From contig CM119264.1 in assembly GCA_051294375.1 (NCBI GenBank), forward strand, positions 20,488,248 through 20,552,247: DNA of 64,000 nucleotides, in the 5' to 3' direction. The DNA is from Paraspadella gotoi (taxonomy: Eukaryota; Animalia; Chaetognatha). Below, piece after piece: positions 28,201 through 42,000 of this stretch (within the stretch, counting starts at the first letter, position 1; each line of letters starts with the position of its first letter). The notes below the pieces were generated by a model that had not been told where the DNA came from, did not search any database, and saw nothing but the letters and a program-made list of their open reading frames with translations. The translations under genes were made by a program, and so were the position numbers.

Positions 28201-31200
28201 ATCAAATAATTAATCAGTTAATAATCAATTAGTCAATTAATTAATCACTAATTAATTAATCAGTCAATCCAATCCGTCCATCCGTCCCACCTTAGCAAAA
28301 AGCCCCAATAACTCGTGATTGCCTGGTTGGATCGGAATGAAATTTTGTGTATGGGTAGGAACATGTGTGATGAAGCTGGATATAAAGTTTCGATGGAATC
28401 GTGTGAGTGGATATGGAGTTTAAATGGAAAAAACCATAAGTCGCATTTACTAAAATCTTTTTACTTATTTTAACCAATAAATACTCTAATTAATCATAAT
28501 TGGAAGGATAGATTGAGTTCAAATAAAGTGTGTGGGTAGGAAAATGTGTGACCAAGCTTGATATAAAGTTTTGGTACGAGTGGAAATGAGTTTAAATGAA
28601 AGAAATATGAGTCACATTTACTTGACTCATATTACCCATAATAGATTGAGATGAAATTTTGTGAGCGGGAAGAAATTTGTGAAGAAGCTAGATATAAAGT
28701 TTTGACGGAATTGTGCCAGTGGAAATGAGTTTAAATGGAAAAAAAATAAGTCACATTTACTTTATTTTAAGGACATCGATGATGATAGCTGTATATAATT
28801 GATAATTAATTATTAAATATTAAAATTAATTAATTAATTAATCGATTAATTATTTAATTAATTAATTAATAATTTTCGTAGGCAGATCCACATTGTTTGC
28901 TCAAACTTGTTTAATTTTTAACCCACTTAATGAAAGAATTTTAAAAATGATTTATTTTTTTTTATCAACTTATGACGAGGAATTCAAATCTGCAATCAAA
29001 ATTTAAAAAACCTATTTTTGAAATTTTTCGATTTTATAAGGATAGTACTATATATAAATATAGCGTACTGCGAAAATTAAAAACATAATTAATTTTTTTT
29101 TTTTACAAATTAATGTTCAATGATGGGTATGTTGTTCATAATTGACTTTTAGAAATCTCGTACGTAACTTTCACTAATTTTTTCACTTTCACTAATTTCT
29201 ACTCGCTAATTGAGCTTGAAAATCTCGTCATTGTTGTTGTTAAGAATAAACTATTATAAAATATAAAATAATATATTAAATCATAGTGCTTGCGATGGAA
29301 GTATTACTGTTATTTTTAATTAAACTTTGTTAAAGACGAATAAATTTTTGTTGTCTTGATTGTTTGTATGTGGAAAATGTAATTGATCTTTAACTTGTTA
29401 CTTGTTTCCACAAAAGCCATAATTATTTAGAGTAGGAGATACTAGAACTAGTATAGGACGTGTCTTCAATATACATATAGTACACATATATTGTTTTGTT
29501 GGTGCTCATCTAATAGTAACTCATATATTGTCACTGTTTATTACTTTAAAGTTAGACTTTAGTGTTTTTTCATCCTTAGGTGGCGACGAGTTTGGACAAT
29601 TTGGAAAAAGTCAAACGTGTCTCGGAATTTGTTAAGGTAAGTTTAGACATACTTAATTTAGTCAACTACATTATTAATCTAAGAAAGACAATAAATAAGA
29701 AACAACTGTTCTCTAGGAATTTTCCCATTTTGAGTCGGAGATGGTTGACTTGGCTCATTTGACTGGGGACAGACAAAACGATTTGAAAGACGAAAAGCGA
29801 AGGTAATTCCGTAATATAATTTAATTACTGTTAACTTAACTCAACTTAACTTAAGTTGTTAATTACCATGTTAACTGTTAAATGTCAAATGTTAAATGAA
29901 TAGATAATTTTTTATTGTTTGTACCAATTTATATAATAAATCTCCTTGTATTTTGATGCTGGGCAGAGTACAATATAGTATTCCCGATCTGATACTTAAG
30001 GGTCTTTACATACAATTGAAACATTGATAGAAAATATTATACAACTTCATAGATAGGGAAGCCAAATATTCAGGGAGTCAATAAACGAGACTATGAGAGA
30101 GTCTGGATGAAAGCTTGCAGGGACCTGCAATGTCATTATCTTGTAAGAGTGATGGAGGCCTTAAACCACCAAAGCTTGTCCAAAGTCAGGGGAAAGATAG
30201 CTTATTTATTAAATGAATGGATAATTTTTATATTGGTTGTACAATTTTATTTAAATGAATTCAGGGCCCAAATGGCAGCCGCTCGAGCCGTTCTGGAAAA
30301 ATCAACAATGATGTTACTTACGTCCTGCAAGGTATGTACATATTAAATAACAATTGGCAAGAGTAACTAGGTCCTACATAGTACATTAAAATTTTTATGG
30401 GGTATTCCCGGATCAGACCTGCCTTCGCCACCCGGACAGCGAAGCAGCGAGGATGAACCGCGACGGAGTCTTCGCCCAGATGCGCCAGGCTTTGGATCTC
30501 ATGACTTACGTCGTCGTCCGACGGACAAGTTTCACGTAATTTCGTTTTTATTGTTGCCTTCACTTGGACGACGAGAATTTGTTTCTGTCGGTCATTTTAT
30601 TTGTTTGTTTTCAAAATATTAATATCTACTTTTTATTCTCATCAAATTCGGTTCTATCGCTAGGAGACGACGATGGCGGGAGGCGCAGGCTCGGACGTCC
30701 CACTTTCTCCTGGAAGCGAAGTGACGGTGCATCGCGCCATAAAATCCTTCGAGGACACCGTAGAGATGACGAGGGTCACAGGCATCTGTCCCTCCACGAC
30801 CGCATAAGTTGACCAGGTGAGTGTGGGAGTGGGCATTGGCTAGTTTCACCCCGCAAATAATCATCGTGTAAAATGAAAGACGTAGATCTAGGCGTAGTGA
30901 AAGTTACATACTGAAAATTTTAAAAGTTAATTATGAACTAACATACCATCAGTGGACATTAATTTGTAAAAAAAATAATTTTATGTTTTTTTAATTTTCG
31001 CAGTAGGCTATATTTATATATAGTATATCCTTATAAAATCGAAAAATTCAAAATTAGGCTTTTCTTATTTTTGTTGCAGATTGAATATATATTTTTATAA
31101 TTTTTGACCCACTAATGAAGGAACTTTTAAAAAAGAGTTATATTTTTTTTCCCAACTTTTTATGACGAATCCAAATCTGCAAAAATATCTAGAAAAAACT

Positions 31201-34200
31201 GTTTGAAATTTTAACATTTTGGTTTAGTACTAGTATAAATATGGCCTACTGCGTAAATGAAAATTATTATAAAGTTTTTTTTACATAAATGTTTCATTAG
31301 TAATGTTGTTTATTCCTCACTTTTAGAATTTATTAAATTAAATTTAGAATTTTACTACGCCTTAACGTAGACTGTATGCTATACTTCGTATACTGTAATT
31401 TAATTTTAAAAAGAAAAAGAATTAAAATAAAGGCCAAATTAAAAGATACTTTTGATTCAGTGGTTGGAATCCTGTGGAGAACACGCAGACTTTACAGACT
31501 CGTTACACACACGAATACAGAGGAGAATCCTGGAACAGGCGGACAAGATCAGCAACGACTTATGACTTTGTTAGAGTGCTTAGTACATGGAATACAAGTT
31601 ATTACATATGAATAATTCGTTGCGCGCATTTTCAGGTAGGAAAGGAGATCGGCGATTCGCTGGACCCTTCCTCCCCTAACGAAGACATGGAAGCCGCGAT
31701 CAGCAAAATTCTCAAATCCACTGATCAACTTCGGAAACAGTTGCAGGTTGGACGCAAAGTATGCCCTGATAGGATATGACATTGGCGCCAATTATTTTTT
31801 TTTTTTGTGACTCATTTTCCAAACGTAGGAGACAGCGTTGGATCAGGCGCAGACATTTACCGCGGCGGGGAGGATCAGGCGATCCTGGCGTCGCTGCGGG
31901 AGGCGGGACTCGCGGCGCAAGGCGACGCTGTCGACGAGATTTCCGTCAAATTCCACGAACACGCCGAGCGCTGCAGGAGGTGAAGCTTCTGTTTGATGCA
32001 AAATCTAGAATCAACTAACTTAGCAAGTATAGTGATTAATCGACCGAAAAAAAAAGTTTTCGAAGTAATTTCATAGTTAATATGACAAAAAATATAATTC
32101 AATAGAATTTTCGCTTTTAGGTTTGTAAGCTTCTACGTCACGTGGCCGGCGCAGCGTGCCGCTGGTGATTTCGGCTGAGCACTGTGAGATGATGATCGAA
32201 AGTCTGGGCGCAGACAATCACCGCCGCCCAACCCTGTCCTCTTACCCCAACAGGTGTTGTGTTGCGTCTTTCTCATAACCTGTTTTTTATTTCTGAGCAA
32301 CATGTAAAATATAATTTCGTGCATTTGTTCAACTTGGTCAGACGTTTTCAAAGTTTGTATGGGTTAACGAATTCATTCTTTACATTATTTTTCTCAGTCG
32401 ATTGACACGAGAAAATTTCGACGTCTTCGTAGACGCTTGGGAATCGCAGCTCAACGATCTCTCAATTTTAAGTCAAAGAGGTAACGTTCCTGAGCCCTAC
32501 ATAACGGCCAGTTCCCAACTCAATTTAACTTATGTTACAATTGTACATCCATTTGTTTGTTGTTTTTTTTCATTCATTTTCAGGTGGCGGATTTTTGCGC
32601 GGGAAAACCGCCGACCGACGACTAACAAGACTGTGTACATGTCGCTTCCCAGACCGGCAAGCACGGCACGACGTTTAAAGCACTCCGCCTGTCAAGCTAA
32701 ATCACGGAACAAGCTAGATCGCCAAGGCGGGTGAGTTCACTGATTAGATCAAGCGTTGAATTTTTTAAAAAAATTGTAAAGACAAGTTTTTATTAATTGT
32801 GTTCCAGGATTGGAACTAAAAATGACGACGTCTCAGATGGACGCTGAGACGGACAAATGGGAAGAACCCCAACAACGATCTCGTCAAAAGGGCGAAGAAC
32901 ATGTCTCGATGGCATTTTCCATGTATCTCTTTACGAGGGGCGAAGGGCCGCTGCGGTGAGTTCGAGGGTCTCCTTAGGTTACGAACACTTGGGATGATCA
33001 CAATAGTTGTAATCGATGGAAATGAAAGATAGGAGCTCAGATGTTAATTTTTCAAATCTTTTCCCAGGACGACCGAAGACCTTTTCACCCAAGCCCTATA
33101 TTACGCTGAGGAGGGCATCAAACTCTATCGAACCATCAAAGAGTTTTCTTACCTTCGTCCAAACGGGAACCACAAGTCGGAACTGCTCGTCCAGTTGGAC
33201 AACGTCCCCTCCTTCTGTCAGAGTCTGAACTACATTATCAAGACGCCATCAACCGGAAGTCTTCCACTTTCACGAAGGTCGTGCCTTTTGATACGTAGCG
33301 ACAAAAAAAAATATACTTAAATACATATATATATAAATATATTATAACATTCTATATATATAAATGTTCATTTTTATAAGAAACTAGGGCTGGCATCGTT
33401 CGAATCGAAGTTCCGATCAAGATTCTTTTATATTTCACTTCTATTCAAAACTGCATAGTCACGCCCAAAAAAGAATATATAACAATCATGGGCAGATTCT
33501 GGAAAGCTTGGCGTCTTGGGAAGCCAACGGAGTAGAGCGCGATCCGAAATTTCCATTTTATCATGCACCAAAAACATGTATTAAAATTGACTAGATCAGG
33601 GCCGTTTATTTATCCCTTTCCCAAAAAGCCTACAAATGATCCTTTTGGAAAATAGAACAAATCATACTATCAGTACGCGTTTCGGATAAGCCTTATTTGT
33701 CTCTCTACACAATAATAAAAAAGAAAAGTTAAAATTCTTGCAAATCGTTAATGCTTGATAAAGCGAACAAATGAACTGGTTTTTAGTGAAAACTGCATAG
33801 TGCAAAGCCTTCATTTTTTTTTGTTCTTAAAACCATCGAAGAAACTGTATTGTTAATATACTATCTGTATTCAGGTAGGCGCGGACTAATATTTAGTACA
33901 TATTGTATATTAAATTTTCATGCAAATATGAATTGAAGTCCGTTTACTCGCCACCGGTAAAGCCGTTTTAAGCGCAATCCGGGCCCCTTCGGTATTTAAA
34001 AAATGGTTATAGAGGTTATCTAATGAGGACTTCGATCCGAAAAAAAAGTATTGATTCATGCGCGGTATCGCGGGCAGATCTAAACAGCTTTCAACATTGC
34101 TTTACCGTATTTTTAATGGAACGGAACGGAAAGAAACGGAAACGTAAAACGAAACGCGAACGAAACGGCGAACCGAACGAAAGAACGAAACGGAACGAAA

Positions 34201-36011
34201 ACGAACGAAACGGAACGAAACGGAACGAAACGGAACGAAACGGAACGAAACGCGAACGAAACCGGAACGAAACGACGAACCGACGAAACGAGAAACGTGA
34301 AACGGAACGAAACGGAACGAGAACGGAAACGAGAAAACGGAAAGAAACGGAACGAACGAACGAAACGGAACGGCAAAACGGAACTGAAACGGAACGAAAC
34401 GAGAACGAAACGGAACGAACGGAACGAAACGGAACGAAGAACGAACGAAGAACGGAATCGAATACGGAACGAAACGGAACGAACTGAAACGCGAACGAGA
34501 CGAAAGACGACGGAACGAAACGGATCGGAACGGATCGGAACGGAACGGTTCGGCGGTCCGTTCTTGGGTGGAATTTTCCACAAACCATAGGGCGATAATC
34601 TTTGGAATTGTAATGTTTCATATAATGTTCGGATTAGTTTGTTTTATTTATTTAAAACGATTGATTCTTGTAAAAGGTGATATCAATAGGGAGGTGAAAA
34701 TTTAGATATGGCTCCTGAATAATCCAAGATCTTTGAAATGTCATGTTTCATATCAATATTCTTATTTTTTATGTAAACAATGTCGAGGAACATGACCTCA
34801 ATAACGCGTTTCGATCGGTAACGGGAAATGTTACGGTGTATAAAAAAAATCAACCATGAACCCAATTTCAAGACGTCGAACGGCTAGTTACGTTATAAAA
34901 AAAAAAAATCAACTTGACCAGATCACGCCGCCATTGCGGGCAACGGATACCGATATAAACGAGAGTGACCTAATATGCGACCGTTGGCAGAGAAAAAACT
35001 TATTGTTTGATAAATAAAAGTTCGAATCGTTCTTGACCTAGAATTTCACCACCTCACTTAGGCAACGAGTAACGAGTTGGGGCTCTGCAGCGTTTGTACT
35101 CATACACGCTTAGTTTGTTTTATTTACGCATAATGGATTATTGTGCAATGAATGACTATCATCGCACCAATAAATGACTATCATCATATCAATGAATGAA
35201 TTATCATCAAACAATGAATGTCTCTCACTTTGGTTATCATCACCATCAATCATTTGGTTATCATCCGCATGAATATTTTGTGATCAGTTGCATCAATCAT
35301 TTGCTTATTCATCGCATCAATTATTGGTATCATCGCATTTATCATTTGGTTATTCATCGAATTCAATTATTTGGTTATCATCGCCATCATTATTGGTTAT
35401 CATCGCATAATATTTGGTTTATAATCGCATCAATATTGGTTATCATCGCATCAATAATCAATTACTATTACATCATAAATTACTATTACATATCAATCAA
35501 TTACTATTACATCAATCATTACTTTACATCAATACGTTATCGCATACACATCATTTTTCTGGCAGAGATTTAACTACTCTTTAATGATTTTTGTCTCAAT
35601 TAAAGATTTAAAAGGCTTTGATAAATAAAACTCTTATAATTTTTTGGATGGATAGAATGAGTTAAGATTTTTGTGTGTGGGTAAAGAAAAGTGTGACGAC
35701 AGCTTGATATAAAGTTTCAGTGGAAACGTACCAGTGGAAATAGATAATGAAAAAATATGCAGTTCACATTTACTTGAAATCTTTTTATTTATTTTAACCC
35801 ATGATAATTTGAGATGAAATTTTGTGAGCCGGTAGAAAGTGACGTGAAGAAGCTAGATATAAAGTTTGACGGATTGCAAAGTTGAAAATGATGCAAGTGG
35901 AAAAAAATGATGCAAGTTAAAAAATTTTAAAAGCCATAAGGATCGTCTCCAATTGCATAAAAGAGAGAGAGAGAGAAAGAAAGAGAGAGCAGTGAGAGAG
36001 AGAGAGAGAGT

Positions 36012-36050
<39 letters not shown>

Positions 36051-39000
36051 AAGAGAGTAGAATGAGAGAGAGAGAGAGAGAGAGAGAAGGAGAATAAAAA
36101 AAATAGAGGATATTGTTTTTTTATAAAATGTAAACAAAAACATTTAATAACTGTCCTGAACTCAATTTTAAGGACATCGATGATGACTAGCTGAATATAA
36201 ATCTTAAATTAATTATTAAAATTAATTAATTAATTAATCGATTAATTAATTAATTAATTAATATTGTAGGCAGATCGACATTGTTTGCTCAAAACGTTGT
36301 TATTTAATAGTGTGCGAGAATAAAATACCATAAAATGGCGCTACGCCACGCAACCCTTTGATCTGCTCGCGGCATCGTCTTCCACACTCCTCCCTTTCCT
36401 CCGCCTTTTAATTTCGAAACAATCTCCGTCGATTTTTTCGGTTTTAATTCTTGTCGCACACTTGAACAAAATCATAAAATAGCGTGAAAAAGTTGTTAAA
36501 TTGTGGATAAAAAAAAATTTAAAATCGTGCCATTACCCAACCACTTTAATCAATTCTTTCAAAATTTTAACTAAATGTTGCGCATTAAAATGTTTCTGTA
36601 TTTTTCATGTTAAAACTTTGAAAAAATATTTTGTCAAAATAGAGATAATTGTAATTAAACAATAAATGACACATATGAGACCAAATCTACTATAAAATGG
36701 AACTTATACCAGAGTCTAGAAAACAATATATTAGATTCTTAACATAAATAGGGGAGAGATACACCAAATTTTGTATACTATAGATCAATTTTATCTGAGA
36801 TGCACAGTAAAATAACTTTGTTATAAACATTATCGACGTATTATTGGCCCGGGACATTAGGGGACTCATTTTCAAGGTTTAAAAGATTGCTGATAAAGGT
36901 TAAGACAGGCTTCAGGCATCATTATGTTACCTTAGTGTTTACTCCGAAATTTGTTTCTTGATACTGCTGGTACAACAACAAATGTAACTTAAAAATATAC
37001 TAGATAATGTAATTTAATATTATTTTTTTGGATAACAGTTAGAATTATGTTTGTGCATTTTGTTTCCAAAGATCAGTCTTATCTTTCAATATGTTTTAAT
37101 ACAGTAATTTTTTTAAAAATGCTTCTTTTTTGTTCGAATTCCGCTTTGTTTTTTGGGGAAATAGAAAAATAAAAATCTACCCAAAACAGTTCCGGGCCCT
37201 ATTTTTGCTCTCTTATCTTTCTCTTTTATATTCTATCATATTATAGTATTTTTTATAACTTATACTCATTAGAATGTTTATATTTTCCTGCTTTCGATTA
37301 TTTAATTATTTCTAAGAGCCCGGATTGCGCCTAATCAGAATCGCCGATCTAAAGCTTAGAACTACGCGTGTACAAATCCTTGTTGGATCAAAATGAGTAA
37401 AATTTTAGCGAAAGTTGATCGTTTGAAGCGCGATTTTCGCGATCGCTTTTTTGTCATAACTTTTGAACGGATATCCGATTTTGATGAAATTTTGTATGAA
37501 GATAATATTCAAAATTTCCTATCGATTGGTGCCAATTCATTGAAAAATACTTAATGGTTTAGAATCGATGAAAAAGAACGTAAATTTAAAAACTCTCCTT
37601 TTTTTTGTAGGTTGACGGGCTGATTCAAGAAACGAAGGACCTGATGCAGCTCATGTCTCAAGTCGTCGCAGCGTGCTACGTTTGCACGCAAAAGGTAAGG
37701 TTCTTTCATTATGGACCTTACTTTTTCGTTAAAAACGCAACTTTTATGATGATGTGTTAATCCCTGCATTATACGTAGCTAAATAATGACTTTTATTTAA
37801 TATATTTGAAGATTCAAAGGAATATTCTTAATTGAGTCGATAAAGAAAATGAATAATTCATACGCGGCCTTCGATTTGTCTTCGCTGTCAAAGAAAGAGA
37901 GGGACGGGAGGAAAGAGTGAAAATGAAGAAAGAAAAAGGAAAGATTGAATCTCCGTCTGAGTCTTCATTTTGACGCGAAGGCGGTAAAGAAGGCTTTAGG
38001 GTCGTTCTCTATCTCTTCCTTGATCATTTCTTTCGTTCCGTGACGGATCGAGTCTCGCCAGAGCGCGTAGTCGTCGTAGGGGGCATTTCAGCCCCATCTC
38101 TTCGGCTCCCTCTTTTAGGAGTCTGAAGGTAAGATAGGCAAGAGTGCCTTTAGAATTTAGATGTGAAAAAGAAAAGGAGGGATAAATTCTCTACCAGACC
38201 TGTAGGAAGGATCGTGCAACAGCATGCGTCTTTGCAAGCATTGCAGCATAAGTTACAAAGTTTTCCGCAGTTACCGCAGCCTAGAATAGTTTACGGGTAA
38301 ATATGCAATCACAAACATGTTCTGTTACCCTTTGCCAAAGGCCCGCAGATTACGAAACAGACGCAACAGCAGCAAATGAGGAGGACCGCTGCGACGATTG
38401 GCGCCCCTTTGGCGTAGAAATTATCTCCGCCGACGATAGGGGGCGATTGTCGATTTGGTCGTGGCTGAATGGAGAGGGACGTTTCGTGACTTTGCCCTTT
38501 GTCTCGGTACTATAAACAGTCGGACTGTTCCCGACCTGTAATCCATCCAGTCGCTGGTATTTTGGCTCCAATCGTAATAATCTCCGAAGTCCCATCGCTT
38601 TTTTCGCATAGTCTGTTCAACGACAAAGTGGTTTGGTTTTCCGCGTTCCTGTTTGGTTAGAAGCGGAATCTAAGTTCAAATATTAGCCTCAAGATCAGAC
38701 ACTTTGATTTAGAAGATTATATATATAATATATATTATATATATATCTCTCTCTCTCTCTCTCTCTCTCTCAGTATGACGTCGATGGCCGCGAAGGAGGA
38801 AGTCACGTGATGTCAACCTCGGCTGTGACGACCACGACCCCTCCAAATGGACGATGGGTTCCGCCGGTCGTCAACGGGGACGGAATATGACCACAAATGC
38901 AGTAAGCGTTCTTTCTTTCTATCATTTTTCTTAATTTTTTTCTCTTTCTTTCCGTTCATTTTTTTTTTTATTCTTTCTTTCTCTTTCTTTCTTTCTTCTT

Positions 39001-42000
39001 TCTTTTCTTTTTATTCTTTCTTTCTTTTCTTTCCGTTCTATCTTTTTTTTTGCCTATATTATTATTATGTTATTATGTATTAATAATATTATATTATTAT
39101 TATTATTATTACTGAGCGCCAAGCGTTAATACATATAATATATATATAATACGTATCTATCTATTTATTATAATTGCGTATATTTTACGTTTTACTATGG
39201 TTCCTAAAATATTTTTTCAGGTTAATTCTTCTCCCTAGGAAAAGAGTTGGATGATGGGCGCGAGCCTCGACGCCACGACCGACGAGGAACTTCGCCAGGA
39301 GTCAAGCCGCTTTACTGCGATCGTCCAGTCTCGGAAGGAATTTCAACGGAACTGAAACGTGCGGAAAAAATTAGCCGAGATTAATTATTGGCAAATTGCG
39401 ACGAAACAATTCCGATTGCCGAATCATGGTTATTTTGTAACAAAGTTTTTTTTCCTTCATCACACTGACTAATTGCTGAACTTTTTTTATGTTAGCTAAA
39501 TTATTCCCTATCGCCGCGATAATTTCAAAGCGGCTGAAGTCAATCTTCAACGAAGGAAGTTTTCAACAGTTGATAAGAAAAAAAATGTAAATGTCCTTTT
39601 TAAATTTTAATCACGATGAATTAATATTGTGGTCGTGAACCTTAATATTCGTGAGTCAGTATAAACCCATCAGTCATAACTCTTTTTCTCTATATTTTCT
39701 CATCGATAATGAAATAATGAATATACTTAAAACCAGTGTGCAAAGTTTGACGATTGATTTCTTGCATATAATCACGGCATATCACAGTATTATCATTTCG
39801 GTCTCGCGGATAGAGGACCACTCATGAGAGATTCCGGAATCCTAGACTGCAACAAAGATGTTTGAATGTCTTAAATAATTTAGCGAATCAAGTAAAATTG
39901 GCAAAACCAGAGAGATATCAGGCAAACACGTGTCAGCTTTAGGCAATTTATCTTTACGAAGCGCAAAACAAAAACAACACAAATAAAAAAACACACAAAG
40001 CTAGATGTCTTGTTTCAGTTTAAACTGACGTTCGCTCAACATAGAATTGGCTTGGTCATGGTATTCCTCGTCGCCTGTGCTGATCTTCTTTTCGTCTTCA
40101 TGAAATTCAACATCTGTTCGTCGTCGTAGGTGGCCGTCGTCACCCGATCCTGTCACGAACATCGGCGTTCGTTTTACGTAACAAACAGAATTCAAGCGGG
40201 GCCGTGTCGTCGAAGGCGGCGTTGTCTATTCCATCACAAGCGAGCGACGTTCGTCACCCTCGTTGTCACTTCCTCCTTCAGCGTCGACCGTCGTCGGCAC
40301 TTTGAAGGTTCCGGATAAAATTGTGGCGAACTATGGTCGCGGTGGCGTCCTTGATATCGTCGTATTTTGAGGGAGAGTGGTGATGTGGCGTGGAGGAAAG
40401 ATTCGTCTCGATCTCGTCGTCGAACTCTAGGAGATATGATCATGTAGAAATTTGGATTAAAATAAATAGCAGAAGTGAATCAATCAATGAATCAATCAAT
40501 GGAATCGATCATACGAAAGTCAATCTACAGTTTCCTCACTTTTGGCTTGTCTCTTCATATGTCTTGTCTTCCCTTTTCGCTCCATCCTCTCAACATTTTT
40601 CTAGTATGCGAACAGGATTCCACTTTTGATCCCACGAGAAACATCGAGGTCTGAGACGAGAAACGCGGGTGCTGTGGATGAAGGATCCAAGTCAAGTCGG
40701 CAAATCGACTTTTCTTTGTTTAGGTACCTGCTTGTTTACATTGCTCACCAAGCAAAGATCGAATGATTTCTTCCTCCTCGTCTTCCATGCGTCGTTCAAC
40801 ACTGAGCGATGTCGTAAAACGATAAAAATATATATATTTATATATATATTATTATTTATAAATATAAATATTTCATGGAATCAATTTCACGATTTTCATA
40901 GGAATGAATTCTTTCCCCGTTTAAAAAGAGAGTTTCAACGTATTCAACTTAGAAGCATGAATAAGTTTATTGATAGGAAAGACTAACGAGTTCGGTGCAA
41001 TGATGAATTTCCTCAGTAAAAACCCGTGACAGTGTTCAAGCAGCTCCGGAGTGACTTTCCTTTGAACAACTTTTCTTCAGCTTTAGAGATCATGTAGGTT
41101 GATGCAATTCTTGCTGTAAATCCTAGGACAAAATAGTTTCAATTTTTTATCAATGTATCATCTTCCTTTATTTTTATTCTAAAAATTCATTGAAAATATG
41201 TAATATGGAGGTAAAGAAAGAAAAGAGGAGACGAAAGACGAGAATGTAGGCAATAAAATAATTGATTTATTAAACAAACAAGCGATGAAAAGACCTTGTA
41301 TTCTTCTGACCTACTATCTTTCTCTAGAGAAACGCCTCCCTTCTCCCTGCCGTCCGCGTTCTCCCGCCTCTTGAAGACAGGTTCTCGAGAGAAGAGTTTA
41401 ATCAGACGGAGACGACAATGGCTACGGATTGAAGGAGGCAGGGCACCGCGAGGGTGTTGTCGTAGAACGAAGTGTGAAACGACGTCTGTAAAACAACGGC
41501 GAACCACGCGCATTAATTTTCTATTATTTTTATAAGATCTCTAAAAAATGGTTTATCTTTAACCCCTACTATCTCGCTTGTTTGTCATCCCTATTAATTA
41601 TTTGTTCATATGAAAGCCAAACAATATCTTTCATTCGACGCCCATGATGAGGATTTTAAGCTAATATTATAGAAGTTTTTTTTATCCATCTTTGTTTTTT
41701 TTTTTTTTATGTAATTTACCATGCAAACTTCAAAAAACAGCTAAACCCCAAAAAGAAGGTGCAATTGTTGAGCTTTGGTAGGCGGGTTTGTCAAGATATA
41801 GGATCGCTAAACAGCTTCATTTCTCTCCTACAGCCATCTGCAGAGTTGTCAACAAATTTGAAAGCAAATTACGAAACCTTGGACGAGCTGTTAGGAAGCA
41901 GCGGCCTTGCATGTCCTCGAAGAGCAAGAACGAATGACGCTGGAAGTCTTGCAATTCAAGACCGTAAGGCTTCTGCAAGCCAGTTGAGAAAAAATGAGAG

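Larger units (their letters stand above)
33385..37570. mobile_element. ~4.2-kb composite insertion present only in the inverted copy of an alpha-catulin intron
   Basis: Primary copy reads ATAAGAAAC|GTAAAATTTAAAAACTCTCC (rc of ~18063-18092); here the halves lie at 33376-33384 and 37580. Starts TAGGGCTGGCATCG (hAT-like terminus); right terminus is degenerate. Confidence 0.75.

Noticed and set aside
34023-34621. Five overlapping long ORFs (RNETERNG / FRSVPFR repeats)
   Set aside because: Translations of the stop-free GGAAC/GAAAC satellite.
35196-35573. His/Tyr/Ile-rich 125-aa ORF
   Set aside because: Translation of the degenerate TATCATCGCATCAAT minisatellite.
29580-39360. Second alpha-catulin gene or programmed frameshifting/RNA editing on the + strand
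   Set aside because: Nearly identical to the primary copy except for random 1-bp indels in exons and introns alike; consistent with sequencing error.
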